Shown in pieces: positions 1-10,355 of a stretch of DNA of 64,000 bases (positions are counted from its first letter, which is position 1; the number at the start of each line of letters is the position of its first letter). The notes under the pieces were generated by a model. The model worked only from the letters and a program-made list of their open reading frames with translations, was not told the DNA's origin and did no database searches. The stretch comes from Trueperaceae bacterium (GTDB lineage: Bacteria; Deinococcota; Deinococci; Deinococcales; Trueperaceae), in contig OZ243913.1 in NCBI GenBank assembly GCA_965213705.1, positions 3,104,001 to 3,168,000 on the forward strand, written 5' to 3'. The translations under genes were made by a program, and so were the position numbers.

Positions 1-81
1 CGACAGGGCGACCGCCCGGCCGAAGCCCTGACCCACGTTCGTCACCAGGACGACGTCTATTCTGCCCGCCTCTTTGTCCAT
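1..81 (-). CDS. SDR-family oxidoreductase, N-terminus only (runs off window)
   Basis: Manual translation from ATG at 81: MDKEAGRIDVVLVTNVGQGFGRAVALS, resembling the SDR Rossmann motif TGxxxGxG. Confidence 0.6.
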   Translation of the reverse strand, partial: MDKEAGRIDVVLVTNVGQGFGRAVALS

Positions 82-184
82 ATCGTTTCCGTCCACGTTC
101 GCCCAGCATAGCAGCCCGGCCGCAACAGGGGCTAGTCCGGGGCGCTTTTTGGAAGACGTCGGCCGCTCCAAACAAACGTCTTTG

Positions 185-286
185 GGCAGTGTCGCGCTAA
201 GGGCAGTGTCCGGCCAAAGGCAATGTCGGGCCAAAGGCAGTGTCGGGCCAAAGGCAGTGTCGGGCCAAAAGCAGTGTCGGGCCACG
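185..286. repeat. 17-bp tandem repeat, 6 copies, consensus GGCAGTGTCGGGCCAAA
   Basis: Units start at 185, 202, 219, 236, 253 and 270 with no spacers; intergenic between the divergent SDR gene and accD. Confidence 0.95.
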
Positions 287-502
287 CTCTCAAACGCCTG
301 GTCCTCCAAACAAGCCGTCTCCAAACGACTGACGTATTGGTCCGTCCGAGTTTTGCCTGCAGGTGTTTCGCCCGCCCGCTTCCGACCCCTGTAACCGCCG
401 TGAGTGACCCTTGACTGTTACACTCTAAAGCGTGACGGCTTCTCGCTGTGGCTGGTGCAAGGTTACAGTGCTGCAAGGTTACACTGGGGTCAGGAGAGAG
501 TT

Positions 503-1402
503 ATGACGCTTGAACGCTGGTTCCGCCGCAAACGGCCGACCCGTGGAGACGACGATACCAGCCCGGTCGGGCTGTGGTTGAAATGTGACGAGTGCAAGTC
601 GCAGGTGTACCGCAAGGACTTGGTTGCCAACGCCTACACCTGTCCCGAATGCGGTCACCACTACCGGATGCCGGTCGAGGCGCGGGTCGAACTGCTTTTG
701 GACGAGGACACCTTCGAGCAGTGGTCGGGCGCGATTACGCCGCGCGACGCCCTCGAGTTCAGCGACGAAGAACCCTACACCGAGCGGCTCGAGCGCTACC
801 AGAAAAAACAAAAACGCCCCGACGCCATCCTTACCGGGGGCGGCACCCTGGAGGGGCACACGGTCGGCTTGGCAGTCATGGACTTCGCGTTTGCCGGCGG
901 CTCGATGGGCTCGGTGGTCGGCGAAGAACTCGCCCGCGCCGCCGAGCGCGCCGCCGTTGAGGGCCGCTCTTTCATCGTCGTCGCCGCCTCGGGCGGGGCG
1001 CGGATGCAAGAGGGCGCGCTGTCCTTGATGCAGATGGCAAAAACGACGCTGGCCCTGGAAAACTTAGCCGTCAAACGCTTGCCCTTTATCAGCGTCTTAA
1101 CCGACCCCACGACCGGCGGCGTGACCGCGAGTTTCGCCACGCTGGGCGACGTGATTGTCGCCGAGCCGAAAGCGTTTATCAGCTTTGCGGGGCCGCGCGT
1201 GATTCAGCAAACCCTCAAACAAGATTTGCCCGAAGGCTTTCAGCGCGCCGAATTTTTGCTTAAAAAGGGGATGCTCGACGACGTGGTGCCCAGGCTCGCG
1301 CTGAAAACGCGCCTGGCGAGCTACCTCGGTTTTCTGCGCGGCGGCGTGCCGGAGCGGTCGGCCGAAGCGGAAGAAAGGGTACTGCGTGCCCCTTCCTTTT
1401 GA
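503..1402 (+). CDS. accD: Acetyl-CoA carboxylase carboxyltransferase beta subunit
   Basis: Zn finger [43 protein letters not shown] at 503 after AGGAG. Confidence 0.97.
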   Translation: MTLERWFRRKRPTRGDDDTSPVGLWLKCDECKSQVYRKDLVANAYTCPECGHHYRMPVEARVELLLDEDTFEQWSGAITPRDALEFSDEEPYTERLERYQKKQKRPDAILTGGGTLEGHTVGLAVMDFAFAGGSMGSVVGEELARAAERAAVEGRSFIVVAASGGARMQEGALSLMQMAKTTLALENLAVKRLPFISVLTDPTTGGVTASFATLGDVIVAEPKAFISFAGPRVIQQTLKQDLPEGFQRAEFLLKKGMLDDVVPRLALKTRLASYLGFLRGGVPERSAEAEERVLRAPSF

Positions 1403-2342
1403 AAAACCGATTGACGAGTTAGAGGCCAAAATCCTCGACATGCGCCACTACGCCGAAGAGCAAAACATCGACTTCGGCGACGAAATCGACGGGTTGGAGA
1501 AACGGCTCGAGCTGTTGAAGCGTGAAACCTTTGACTCACTCACGCGCTGGCAGCGCGTCCAGGTGGCGAGAGCGCCGGGTCGGCCCACCGCGCTCGACTA
1601 CATCCAGGGCGCGTTCGAGGGGTTCAGCGAACTCCACGGTGACCGCGTCCAGGGCGACGACCCGGCGCTGGTGACAGGTCTGGCGCGCTTAGGCGGGCAC
1701 AGCGTGGTGGTGCTGGCCCAGCAAAAGGGCCGCGACACCAAGGAAAACATCCACCGCAACTTCGGGATGCTCCACCCGTCGGGCTACCGCAAGGCGCTCC
1801 GCATGTTCGACCTGGCTGATAAGTTCCGCTTGCCGGTCGTCACCCTTATCGACACGCCCGGCGCGTATCCGGGCGTCGCCGCCGAAGAGGGCGGGCAAGC
1901 CTGGGTCATCGCCGAGAGCATCCGGCGGATGAGCCGTTTGACGGTTCCGGCGGTGAGCGTCGTCATCGGCGAGGGCGGCTCGGGCGGGGCGCTCGCCATC
2001 GGCGTGGCGAACCGGGTGCTGATTTTGGAAAACGCCATTTACTCGGTCATCTCCCCCGAGTCCTGCGCGGCAATCCTGTGGCGCGACGCCGCCGAAGCGC
2101 CCAAAGCGGCTGAGGCGCTGAAACTCACCGCGCTCGACTTGTTGGAACTTGGCGTCGTCGACCGCGTCGTCGAAGAGCCGCTCGGCGGCGCGCACAAACA
2201 CCTTGCGGCAACCGTGCAAACGGTGGCGGGGGTGTTGCAGGAGGAACTCGAGAACCTGTTGAATCACAGTGCTGACGAGTTGTTGGCGCAGCGCCAAGCC
2301 CGTTTTCGCGCCCAGGGCCGCTTCGAACTCGCCGGGGTTTAA
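1386..2342 (+). CDS. accA: Acetyl-CoA carboxylase carboxyltransferase alpha subunit
   Basis: [48 protein letters not shown]; overlaps accD. Confidence 0.97.
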   Translation: MPLPFEKPIDELEAKILDMRHYAEEQNIDFGDEIDGLEKRLELLKRETFDSLTRWQRVQVARAPGRPTALDYIQGAFEGFSELHGDRVQGDDPALVTGLARLGGHSVVVLAQQKGRDTKENIHRNFGMLHPSGYRKALRMFDLADKFRLPVVTLIDTPGAYPGVAAEEGGQAWVIAESIRRMSRLTVPAVSVVIGEGGSGGALAIGVANRVLILENAIYSVISPESCAAILWRDAAEAPKAAEALKLTALDLLELGVVDRVVEEPLGGAHKHLAATVQTVAGVLQEELENLLNHSADELLAQRQARFRAQGRFELAGV

Positions 2343-2354
2343 ATTTTCTAGGGT

Positions 2355-3029
2355 TTAGCGTCGCGCGGCGTCCCGCAGAGTTTTGATATTCTCGGCAACT
2401 CTGTCGTACGGCCTGTAAACCGCGCTCCCGGCGACCACGATGTCGGCTCCGGCCTCTAAGACGCGCGTGATGTTGTCAGCCCCGACGCCGCCGTCGACTT
2501 CCAGCTCACAAGCCGGATTTGTGTCGCGCCGCCACGCGGCGACCGTGCGCAGGCGCTCGTAGCTCGCTTCGATAAACGTTTGGCCGCCAAAGCCTGGGTT
2601 CACGCTCATAATCAGGACGAGGTCGAGGTAAGGCAGCGCGTCTTCAACCACGTTCAGCGGCGTGAGCGGGTTGAGGGCCAAGCCGACTTTTGCGCCGGTT
2701 TTTTTGACGAGCTGCAAGGTGCTGTGCAGGTGAACCGTCGCCTCGGCGTGGACGGTCAAACTGTCCGCGCCCGCCGCGGCGAACATTTCCACGTAGCGTT
2801 CGGGCTCGGTAATCATGAGGTGAACGTCGAGCGGCAACTCGGTGGCGCGTTTGCAAGCTTCGACGACGAGCGGGCCGAGGGTGATGTTCGGGACGAAGTG
2901 ACCGTCCATCACGTCGACGTGAACCAGGTTGGCCCCGGCCTCTTCGGCGGCGGCGATTTGCTCGCCGAGCCGGGCGAAGTCGGCAGCCAGAATCGACGGG
3001 GCGAGTTTGAAGGTTTGAGGTGTTTTCAC
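2355..3029 (-). CDS. rpe: Ribulose-phosphate 3-epimerase
   Basis: LAPSILAADF, HVDVMDGHFVPN, DVHLM, MSVNPGFGGQ, EVDGG; GTG start at 3029 chosen. Confidence 0.96.
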   Translation of the reverse strand: MKTPQTFKLAPSILAADFARLGEQIAAAEEAGANLVHVDVMDGHFVPNITLGPLVVEACKRATELPLDVHLMITEPERYVEMFAAAGADSLTVHAEATVHLHSTLQLVKKTGAKVGLALNPLTPLNVVEDALPYLDLVLIMSVNPGFGGQTFIEASYERLRTVAAWRRDTNPACELEVDGGVGADNITRVLEAGADIVVAGSAVYRPYDRVAENIKTLRDAARR

Positions 3030-3124
3030 AGGAGAGTATAGCAGGCCCTTGTAGTGTCCGTCCGCTCGCCGGGTATGCTGGCCGGAGCGGGCGCGTAGCA
3101 AGCGCGCGTCAACCGGGGGGCAGT

Positions 3125-4210
3125 ATGAACACACGCACAAGTCGAACCTTGCTGGCGGTCGTTGCCACCGTTCTCGTTCTCGCAGCCTTAAAAGCGACGC
3201 GGCCGGTGAGTTTGCCGCTCTTTTTCGGCGTGGTGCTGCTGCTGTTTTTCAGGCCGCTGCAAAGGCGACTGGACCGCCGCTTGCCGCGCTGGATAGGGGT
3301 CATCAGCATTACGCTCCTGGCGCTTGTGTTCTTGGCCTTTTTGGGCGGGCTGCTCGCCTATAGCGTGAACGCCGTCGCGCCCGAAGTGCCGGGTTACGCC
3401 GACCAGGTTCAAAGCCAGCTCCAAAACTTGCAGGGCCGCTTGCAGGAGCGGGGCATCTCGGTGTCGCTGCCGGGTGTGGGTGGGGGCGAGGGTGCTCAAG
3501 GCGGGGCGGCTCAGGACGGGAGTGCGCAGGAGGGGGGCGGCTCGAGCGGCGGAACGGCGGGTTCCTCCTTTTTGGGTAACGCTTTAAGTTTTCTCGGCTC
3601 CTTTACGAGCGGCCTTTCCTTAACCGTGCTCACCCTGACCGTGCTCGTCTTCTTGCTCATCGAGGCGAACGGCTTTCGAAAAAAGGTGGGGCAGTTGGAG
3701 TCCGACTCCAGCAACCGCGTACTCGACGCGTTCGAGCGCATGGCGGGCAAGTTCGAGCGTTACTTCCTCGTTCAAGCTTTTACGAGCGTTTTGACCGGGC
3801 TGCTCACCTGGCTTTGGTGCCTCGTGCTGGGCGTTCCCTTCGCGGTTGTCTGGGGCCTCGTCAGTTTTGCCTTCAACTTCGTGCCGACCGTCGGCTCCAT
3901 CCTGGCGGTGGTGCCGCCCACGCTCTTCGCGCTCGCTTTTAGCGGCGTCGGCACGGGGCTGGCGGTGTTCGCGGGGCTGGCGGTTATCCAGCTTCTGCTG
4001 GGCAACTTTGTGGACCCAACTCTGCAGGGGGGCGCGCTCGAGCTTTCACCCGTGGTGGTTCTCTTGGCGGTGGTGTTCTGGGGCTGGCTTTGGGGCATAG
4101 GCGGGGCCATCATCGGCGTGCCCCTCACGGTAGCGTTGGTGCTGCTCATGCAAGAGTTCGAGGCGACGCGGCCCATCGCCCTCTTCTTGAGCGAGCCCGG
4201 CGAAGCGTAA
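3125..4210 (+). CDS. AI-2E family transporter
   Basis: Multi-TM protein with FNFVPTVGS and ELSPVVVLLAVVFWGWLWGIGGAIIGVPLT motifs. Confidence 0.9.
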   Translation: MNTRTSRTLLAVVATVLVLAALKATRPVSLPLFFGVVLLLFFRPLQRRLDRRLPRWIGVISITLLALVFLAFLGGLLAYSVNAVAPEVPGYADQVQSQLQNLQGRLQERGISVSLPGVGGGEGAQGGAAQDGSAQEGGGSSGGTAGSSFLGNALSFLGSFTSGLSLTVLTLTVLVFLLIEANGFRKKVGQLESDSSNRVLDAFERMAGKFERYFLVQAFTSVLTGLLTWLWCLVLGVPFAVVWGLVSFAFNFVPTVGSILAVVPPTLFALAFSGVGTGLAVFAGLAVIQLLLGNFVDPTLQGGALELSPVVVLLAVVFWGWLWGIGGAIIGVPLTVALVLLMQEFEATRPIALFLSEPGEA

Positions 4211-4268
4211 CCGCGCGCCTTGCGAGTAGTTGAGTAAACATGTCACTATTTTCTTCAGGAGGCACGCT

Positions 4269-5123
4269 ATGGAGTACGCCCACCCGGAAGTCCTGGTCTC
4301 GACCGACTGGGTTTTGGAACACCACGACGATGAAAATGTGCGCGTTTTAGAGGTCGACGAGGACGTGCTGCTGTACGACACCGGCCACATCCCCGGCTCG
4401 CAAAAAATCGATTGGCTCATGGACTTGTGGGATGACCCCCGCCGCGAGTTCATCAGCCCCGAACAACTCGCCGACCTTTTTGAGCGTTTAGGGATTTCGA
4501 ACGACACGACGATTGTCCTCTACGGCGACAAAAATAACTGGTGGGCGAGCTACGCGTTTTGGTTTTTCAAGTACAGTGGCGTTGAAAACGTCAAACTCAT
4601 GAACGGCGGCCGGGTGAAGTGGGTGCAGGAGGGCAAACCCCTCACCACCGACGTGCCGAGTTACGAAAAGGGCAGCTTTACGTCCGGCGAGCGCAACCCC
4701 GAACTGCGGGCGTTCCGGGACGATGTGATGGAACACCTCGAGCAAGTCGAAGCGGGCAAGGGCGCGATGGTCGATGTCCGCAGCCCCGGCGAGTTCTCGG
4801 GCGAGGTCACGCACATGGCCGACTACCCGCAAGAGGGCGTGCTGCGCGGCGGGCACATCCCCGGAGCCAGCAACATCCCCTGGGCCAAAGCCGCCAACGA
4901 AGACGGCACGTTCAAAAGCGCCGACGAACTCAAAACCCTTTACGAGGCCGAAGGCGTCACCCCCGACAAAGACGTCATCGCTTATTGCCGCATCGCCGAG
5001 CGGTCGTCACACACCTGGTTCGTGCTGAAGTACCTCCTCGGCTACGACAACGTCAAAAACTACGACGGCTCCTGGACCGAGTGGGGCAACAGCGTCGGGG
5101 TACCCATTGAAAAGGGTGCTTGA
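4269..5123 (+). CDS. Tandem-domain rhodanese (thiosulfate sulfurtransferase)
   Basis: [18 protein letters not shown] twice, catalytic loop [18 protein letters not shown]. Confidence 0.95.
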   Translation: MEYAHPEVLVSTDWVLEHHDDENVRVLEVDEDVLLYDTGHIPGSQKIDWLMDLWDDPRREFISPEQLADLFERLGISNDTTIVLYGDKNNWWASYAFWFFKYSGVENVKLMNGGRVKWVQEGKPLTTDVPSYEKGSFTSGERNPELRAFRDDVMEHLEQVEAGKGAMVDVRSPGEFSGEVTHMADYPQEGVLRGGHIPGASNIPWAKAANEDGTFKSADELKTLYEAEGVTPDKDVIAYCRIAERSSHTWFVLKYLLGYDNVKNYDGSWTEWGNSVGVPIEKGA

Positions 5124-5168
5124 ATCCACGATGGATAGACGCACCTTTGGAACAGCCCTCTTAGACGA

Positions 5169-7691
5169 TTAGACGATGGACACGCGTTTCTCGCCGTGTC
5201 CGTCTGTGACTCCGTCTTCAAAGTCGTAGTCGAACGCTTCGGTGTCGGTCGACTTCGCCAGGGTAATCACGACATATTTCGAAACCGGCGTGTTGCTGCC
5301 TTCGGCCACGCTGCCAATCGGCACGAGCACGTTGGCCTCGGGAAAGTAAGTGGCGGTGCAGCCGCGCGGGATTTTGTAGGGCAGCGCGATGAAGCGCCGC
5401 GCCACGCGCGTTTCACCCTCGAAGTGGCTCGTCAAGTCCAGCACGTCGCCGTCCTTGATACCTGCTTCAGTCACGTCCTCGAGGTTCATCATAATCACGC
5501 GGCGCTCGCCCTTGATGCCGCGATAGCGGTCGTCGAGGCCGTAGACAGTCGTGTTGAACTGGTCGTGCGAGCGAATCGTCATCATCACGAACTGGTCGTC
5601 GGCCAGGGCGCGTTCGGGGATGTCGTGGACGGTGAATTTCGCCTTGCCGGTGTTGGTGGTAAAGCGGCCTTCGCGCGGGCCGTTGGGGAGGTAGAAGCCT
5701 ACGCCGTGGACGCGTTCGTTGTAGTTCTCGAAACCGGGGATGACCCTCGAGATAGCCTCGCGGATGCGCCCGTAGTCCCCGACGAGCCCGTCCCAGTCGA
5801 TGGGTGAGCGTCTGCCCAGGGTTGCTTTGGCAAGCCCCGCGACGATGGCGGGCTCGCTCAACAAATGTTCCGACGCGGGCGGCAGGATGCCCTGCGAGTC
5901 GTGGACGACGCCCATCGAGTTTTCGACCGAAACGAACTGCGGCCCCGACAGTTGTAAGTCGACCTCGCTGCGGGTGAGGCAGGGGAGAATCAGCGCCTCG
6001 TCGCCGTGGACGAGGTGCGCGCGGTTGGGCTTGGTCGAGACGTGGACGGTCAAGCGGCAACGCTCCAAAGCCTCGGCGGTGTATTCGGTGTCGGGTGTGG
6101 CCGACAAAAAGTTGCCGCCCATCGCGAAGAACACTTTGGCCTTGCCCTCGTGCATCGCCTTGATGGCTTCGACCGTGTCGTAGCCGTGCTCGCGCGGCGG
6201 CTTGAAGTCGAACTCTCTGCCGAGCTTGCTCAAGAACTCCTCTTTGGGCCGTTCCCAAATCCCCATCGTGCGGTCGCCCTGCACGTTCGAGTGGCCGCGC
6301 ACCGGGCAGGTGCCCGCGCCGGGCTTGCCGATGGAGCCGCGCAGGAGCAGCAGGTTGACGATTTCCTGAATGCTGCCGACGGCGTTGTGGTGCTGCGTCA
6401 AGCCCATCGCCCAGCAGACGATCATGCGCCTGTTCGCCATGACCAGGCTGGCGGCGGCGCGGATGTCGGCGCGCTCGAGCCCGCTCTCCTTGAAAATTTT
6501 GTCCCAGCTCTCGGCGCGCAGGTCTCTCAAAAAGGCGTCGAAGCCTTGCGTCTTTTCCTCAATAAAGGCGTGGTCGAACACCTCGCCGGGGCGCTTGTCC
6601 TCTTCCTCCAACAGCTCTTTCATGATGCCCTTGAGGAGCGCCACGTCGCCGCCGATGCGCACCGGCAAGAAGAGGTCGCTGAGCTGCGTGCCGGGGCCGA
6701 ACAGCGTCGGCACGGCCTTGAGGGGGTTCATAAAGTCCTGCGGGTTTTTGAACGCCATCAAACCTGCTTCGGGCAAGGGATTGATGGAGATGATTTTCGC
6801 GCCGTTCTTCTTACCGCGCTCTAAAGCGCTCATCATCCGCGGGTGGTTCGTGCCGGGGTTCTGGCCGATGATGATGATGAGGTCGGAGACGTAGAAGTCT
6901 TCCAGCGTCACCGAACCCTTGCCGAGTCCGAGCGTTTCCGACAGCGCCGTACCCGAGGACTCGTGGCACATGTTCGAGCAGTCGGGCAGGTTGTTGGTGC
7001 CATACTGGCGGACGAACAGTTGGTATAAGAACGCCGCCTCATTCGAGGTGCGCCCGGAGGTGTAAAAGACGGCCTCGTCGGGGGAATCCAGGGCGTTGAG
7101 TTCTTGGGCGACCTTGTCGAACGCCTCTTCCCAAGCAATCGGCTCGTAGTGCGTCGCCCCTTTGCGCAAAATCATCGGGTGGGTTATTCGGCCCTGGCTG
7201 TTGAGCCAGTAGTCGGAGCGCTTGGACAACTCTTCGACCGAGTGTTTCCGGAAAAACTCGGGCGTGACGCGGCGCTTGGTGCCCTCGTCGAGGACGGCTT
7301 TGGCCCCGTTTTCGCAAAACTCCGCGACCGATCGGTGTTCGTCTGGGTCGGGCCAAGCGCAGGACGAACAGTCGAAGCCGTCCTTTTGGTTCATGGTCGT
7401 GAGCATTCGCACGCCGCGCAGGGGGCCGGTTTCGTGCAGGGCGTATTTCAGGCTCGAGACCACCGCGGGCACCCCGGCGGCTAAGTGCTTGACCGGCGTT
7501 TTCTTGAGCCCGGTAAAGGCGTCGGGCGGCTGCGCCTGAACCCGCCACGCCTCCGGGTGCGGGCGGTCGGGTGTGGTGTCGCCGACCTGCTCTAAGTCTT
7601 TTTTCGCCTCGTAGTGGTCGGGCGCGCCTATCTCCTCGGAGCGGCTGGTGCTCGAGGGGTCGTAACCCTTCTCAGTCTCGTTTCTGTCCAT
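5169..7691 (-). CDS. FdhF/YdeP family molybdopterin oxidoreductase
   Basis: GFDCSSCAWPD, FCENGAKA, YTSGRTSNEAA, NNLPDCSNMCHE, RGHSNVQGDRTMG, RSHDQFNTT. Confidence 0.93.
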   Translation of the reverse strand: MDRNETEKGYDPSSTSRSEEIGAPDHYEAKKDLEQVGDTTPDRPHPEAWRVQAQPPDAFTGLKKTPVKHLAAGVPAVVSSLKYALHETGPLRGVRMLTTMNQKDGFDCSSCAWPDPDEHRSVAEFCENGAKAVLDEGTKRRVTPEFFRKHSVEELSKRSDYWLNSQGRITHPMILRKGATHYEPIAWEEAFDKVAQELNALDSPDEAVFYTSGRTSNEAAFLYQLFVRQYGTNNLPDCSNMCHESSGTALSETLGLGKGSVTLEDFYVSDLIIIIGQNPGTNHPRMMSALERGKKNGAKIISINPLPEAGLMAFKNPQDFMNPLKAVPTLFGPGTQLSDLFLPVRIGGDVALLKGIMKELLEEEDKRPGEVFDHAFIEEKTQGFDAFLRDLRAESWDKIFKESGLERADIRAAASLVMANRRMIVCWAMGLTQHHNAVGSIQEIVNLLLLRGSIGKPGAGTCPVRGHSNVQGDRTMGIWERPKEEFLSKLGREFDFKPPREHGYDTVEAIKAMHEGKAKVFFAMGGNFLSATPDTEYTAEALERCRLTVHVSTKPNRAHLVHGDEALILPCLTRSEVDLQLSGPQFVSVENSMGVVHDSQGILPPASEHLLSEPAIVAGLAKATLGRRSPIDWDGLVGDYGRIREAISRVIPGFENYNERVHGVGFYLPNGPREGRFTTNTGKAKFTVHDIPERALADDQFVMMTIRSHDQFNTTVYGLDDRYRGIKGERRVIMMNLEDVTEAGIKDGDVLDLTSHFEGETRVARRFIALPYKIPRGCTATYFPEANVLVPIGSVAEGSNTPVSKYVVITLAKSTDTEAFDYDFEDGVTDGHGEKRVSIV

Positions 7692-7703
7692 GTTCTCCCT
7701 TTC

Positions 7704-8576
7704 TTAACGTGAAACCAGCGCGTCCGGCTCGGCTGACGGCAACACAAGCCGACCCTCGCCCGCATAGAGGTTGAACCGCTCGCCGCGCAAAAACCCGACG
7801 AGCGTAATGCCGAACTCCTTAGCGACCGACACCGCCAGCGACGACGGGGCCGACACCGCGCAGACCACGCCGACGCCCGCCGCGAGCGACTTTTGCAACA
7901 ACTCGAAACTCGCCCGGCCGCTCAGCAAGACGATGTGCTCGGACAGGGGCAGCAAACCTTCCAACAGCGCCCAGCCGACGAGTTTATCCAGCGCGTTGTG
8001 CCGCCCTACGTCCTCGCGGAGTGCCAGCAACTCACCTTCTTTGCTGAACAGCGCCGCCGCGTGCAGCCCACCCGTCACCTCGAACAAGCCCTGCGCCCCC
8101 CGCAGCTTGTCGGGCAGCGAAGTGACGGTTTCGGGCGTGACCGTGAACGTGACCGGCAACGCCCCGCAACCGCGAATCTCCAGCGCCTCCAAACTCGCCT
8201 TGCCGCAGACCCCGCAGGCCGAGGTGGTGGTGAAGTGGCGCTCCAAAGTCCGCAACTCCGGCAACGCCCCGCGCAGCGTCACGTTGACGATGTTGTAAAG
8301 CTGCTCAGTTTCGGTATCGACGCAGTAGGAGATGCGCGCCACGTCGTCGCGGCTGGTGATGACCCCTTCACCGAACAAAAACCCGGCCGCCAGCTCAAAG
8401 TCACGGCCCGGTGTGCGCATGGTGACGGCGACGGTCTTGCGCGCTGCGCCACTCTCCCTATCGCTCAACAAGCGCAGCTCGAGCGGCTCCTCGGTGGCGA
8501 GCGTGTCGCGCCGCGTCTTGGCCGCGTTGCCCGTCACCGTCGTGACGACGCTGTGGGTTTTGCCCTTAGGTCGCAC
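7704..8576 (-). CDS. fdhD: Formate dehydrogenase accessory sulfurtransferase
   Basis: EEPLELR, TMRTPG, SACGVCG, TGGLHAA, REDVGRHNALDKLVG, SAPSSLAV. Confidence 0.95.
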   Translation of the reverse strand: MRPKGKTHSVVTTVTGNAAKTRRDTLATEEPLELRLLSDRESGAARKTVAVTMRTPGRDFELAAGFLFGEGVITSRDDVARISYCVDTETEQLYNIVNVTLRGALPELRTLERHFTTTSACGVCGKASLEALEIRGCGALPVTFTVTPETVTSLPDKLRGAQGLFEVTGGLHAAALFSKEGELLALREDVGRHNALDKLVGWALLEGLLPLSEHIVLLSGRASFELLQKSLAAGVGVVCAVSAPSSLAVSVAKEFGITLVGFLRGERFNLYAGEGRLVLPSAEPDALVSR

Positions 8577-8819
8577 CCCGCCCCCTCACTCCTTGGTGTA
8601 CAAAGCTCGTCTCGTTGCTACCAAGTCGTTCTCAGCTTAGATTGTGCATAAAATAATTTTACAAACTCCACCATGAAAATTTTGTGAGAAAAGGTACCTT
8701 CTTATGAAGATGGTCAGCTCAGGCGTGCCGCGAACTTCCCGACCAGGGTCCCTTACCGCTGCCCTGATACCAACCTCTTCGTAGGCTAGACTGAACCACG
8801 CGGGGCAAGGAGGTTGACC

Positions 8820-9185
8820 ATGTTTGGCGGCCCGGATACTATTTGGATACTCATTCCCGTCGCGGCGATAGCGGCGGGCGCGTTTCGGGAATGGGTCAAG
8901 TTCAAGTCGAAACAGCGCGAACTCGGCAGTTCGGCGGACGAGTTGAAGCAGGTCGTCAGCGCGCTCGAGGCCAAACTGCACGACCGGCAAGCCGCCTTGG
9001 AACGCCGCGTCGCCAACCTGGAAACCATCATTACCAGTCAAACCTGGGACACGCTCCACGATGACCGGCTCTCAAAGGCGGACAAAAAACTGCTGCTCGA
9101 GGACGCGGACGGTGAGCTGCGCACCCTCCGTGAAGAGTTGGGCGACACCCGCAAGGCCGAACTTCTGGCGCGGCGTTTGAAGTAA
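8820..9185 (+). CDS. Small membrane-anchored coiled-coil protein (PspB-like, tentative)
   Basis: N-terminal TM segment, coiled coil with LERRVANLETII; RBS AGGAGG upstream. Confidence 0.6.
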   Translation: MFGGPDTIWILIPVAAIAAGAFREWVKFKSKQRELGSSADELKQVVSALEAKLHDRQAALERRVANLETIITSQTWDTLHDDRLSKADKKLLLEDADGELRTLREELGDTRKAELLARRLK

Positions 9186-9230
9186 GCTTACTCGTCTAGC
9201 TGCTCAATGCATTTTTCGAGGGCTCGAGCC

Positions 9231-10247
9231 CTAAACTTCTCGTTCGGTTCTCGAGTGCTCCCAGTCGGAGGCTTCGTCGAGCGAGGATATTTCCTCGGGG
9301 GACAGCTCGAGTTCAGCGGCGGGCAACACGTCCCGAAGCTGCGCCACGCTGTTCGCCCCGACGATGGGCGCGGTCATGTAGGGTTTGGCGAGCAGCCAGG
9401 CGAGGGCCACCTGCGCCGGGTGAACAGCGTGCGTATCGGCAACTTTGCGCACCTCGTCCAGAATGTTCCAGTTCTGTTCGGTAAAGCGCTTGTTCGCAAT
9501 ACCTTCGGCCCGCTTGCTGTCGGGCAGCGCCGCGTCGCGTTCGTACTTGCCCGTCAAAAAGCCGCCCGCCAGCGGGCTGTAGGGCAGCACGCCGACGCCG
9601 TAGGTTTCGCACACCCGCGCCAACTCGCGCTCGAAGTCGGCCCTGGTCGGTTGGGTGAGGCTGTACTCGGGCTGAATCGACACAAACTTCTCAAAACCGT
9701 GCTTATCACTCGTCCACAGCGCCTGCATCAGTCGCCACGCCGAAAAGTTCGAGCAGCCCAGGTAGCGCACGTAACCCTTACGGACGAGGTCGGTGAGGGC
9801 GGACAAGGTTTCTTCGATGGGTGTTTGATTGTCGACCCAGTGAACCTGGTACAGGTCGATGTGGTCCGTTTGCAAGCGCCGCAACGAGTCCTCGCAGGCC
9901 TGCATAATCCAGCGCCGGGACAGGCCTTCGCGCCCCTTAGCCGTCCCGCGCCCCTCGTCGCCGTTTTGGCCCATCGGCCCGCGCACTTTAGTAGCGACCA
10001 AAACCTCGTCGCGGTTGCCCCTCGCTTTGAGCCAGCGCCCGATGATTTCTTCGGACACGCCGCCGGGGTTGTTCGGGGCCCACATGCTATAGACGTCCGC
10101 CGTGTCGACGAGGTTGCCGCCCGCCTCTACAAAGGCGTCCATGATTTTGAAAGAGGTTTCCTCGTCCGCCGTCCAGCCGAACTGCATGGTGCCGAGGGCG
10201 AGGGGGAAGGTTTGGAGGCCGCTGTTGCCGAGGTTTCGGTGGGTCAT
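9231..10247 (-). CDS. Aldo/keto reductase
   Basis: [47 protein letters not shown]. Confidence 0.95.
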   Translation of the reverse strand: MTHRNLGNSGLQTFPLALGTMQFGWTADEETSFKIMDAFVEAGGNLVDTADVYSMWAPNNPGGVSEEIIGRWLKARGNRDEVLVATKVRGPMGQNGDEGRGTAKGREGLSRRWIMQACEDSLRRLQTDHIDLYQVHWVDNQTPIEETLSALTDLVRKGYVRYLGCSNFSAWRLMQALWTSDKHGFEKFVSIQPEYSLTQPTRADFERELARVCETYGVGVLPYSPLAGGFLTGKYERDAALPDSKRAEGIANKRFTEQNWNILDEVRKVADTHAVHPAQVALAWLLAKPYMTAPIVGANSVAQLRDVLPAAELELSPEEISSLDEASDWEHSRTEREV

Positions 10248-10355
10248 TTGGGGAGTATAACGATTTTCTGTCGAGCATAAACACTGTTGCCTTTATCAAA
10301 TATCAGAACCGATATTTTTATGAGAAACACAGCCACGGGTGTTAAACTTTGCTAG

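Noticed and set aside
185..286. Possible CRISPR array
   Set aside because: The 17-bp units are contiguous with no unique spacers, and no cas genes are present in the window.
8640..8700. Rex-like operator in the AT-rich patch upstream of fdhD
   Set aside because: The TTGTGCA..TTTACAA spacing does not fit the Rex consensus; probably promoter DNA, but no assignment is supportable.
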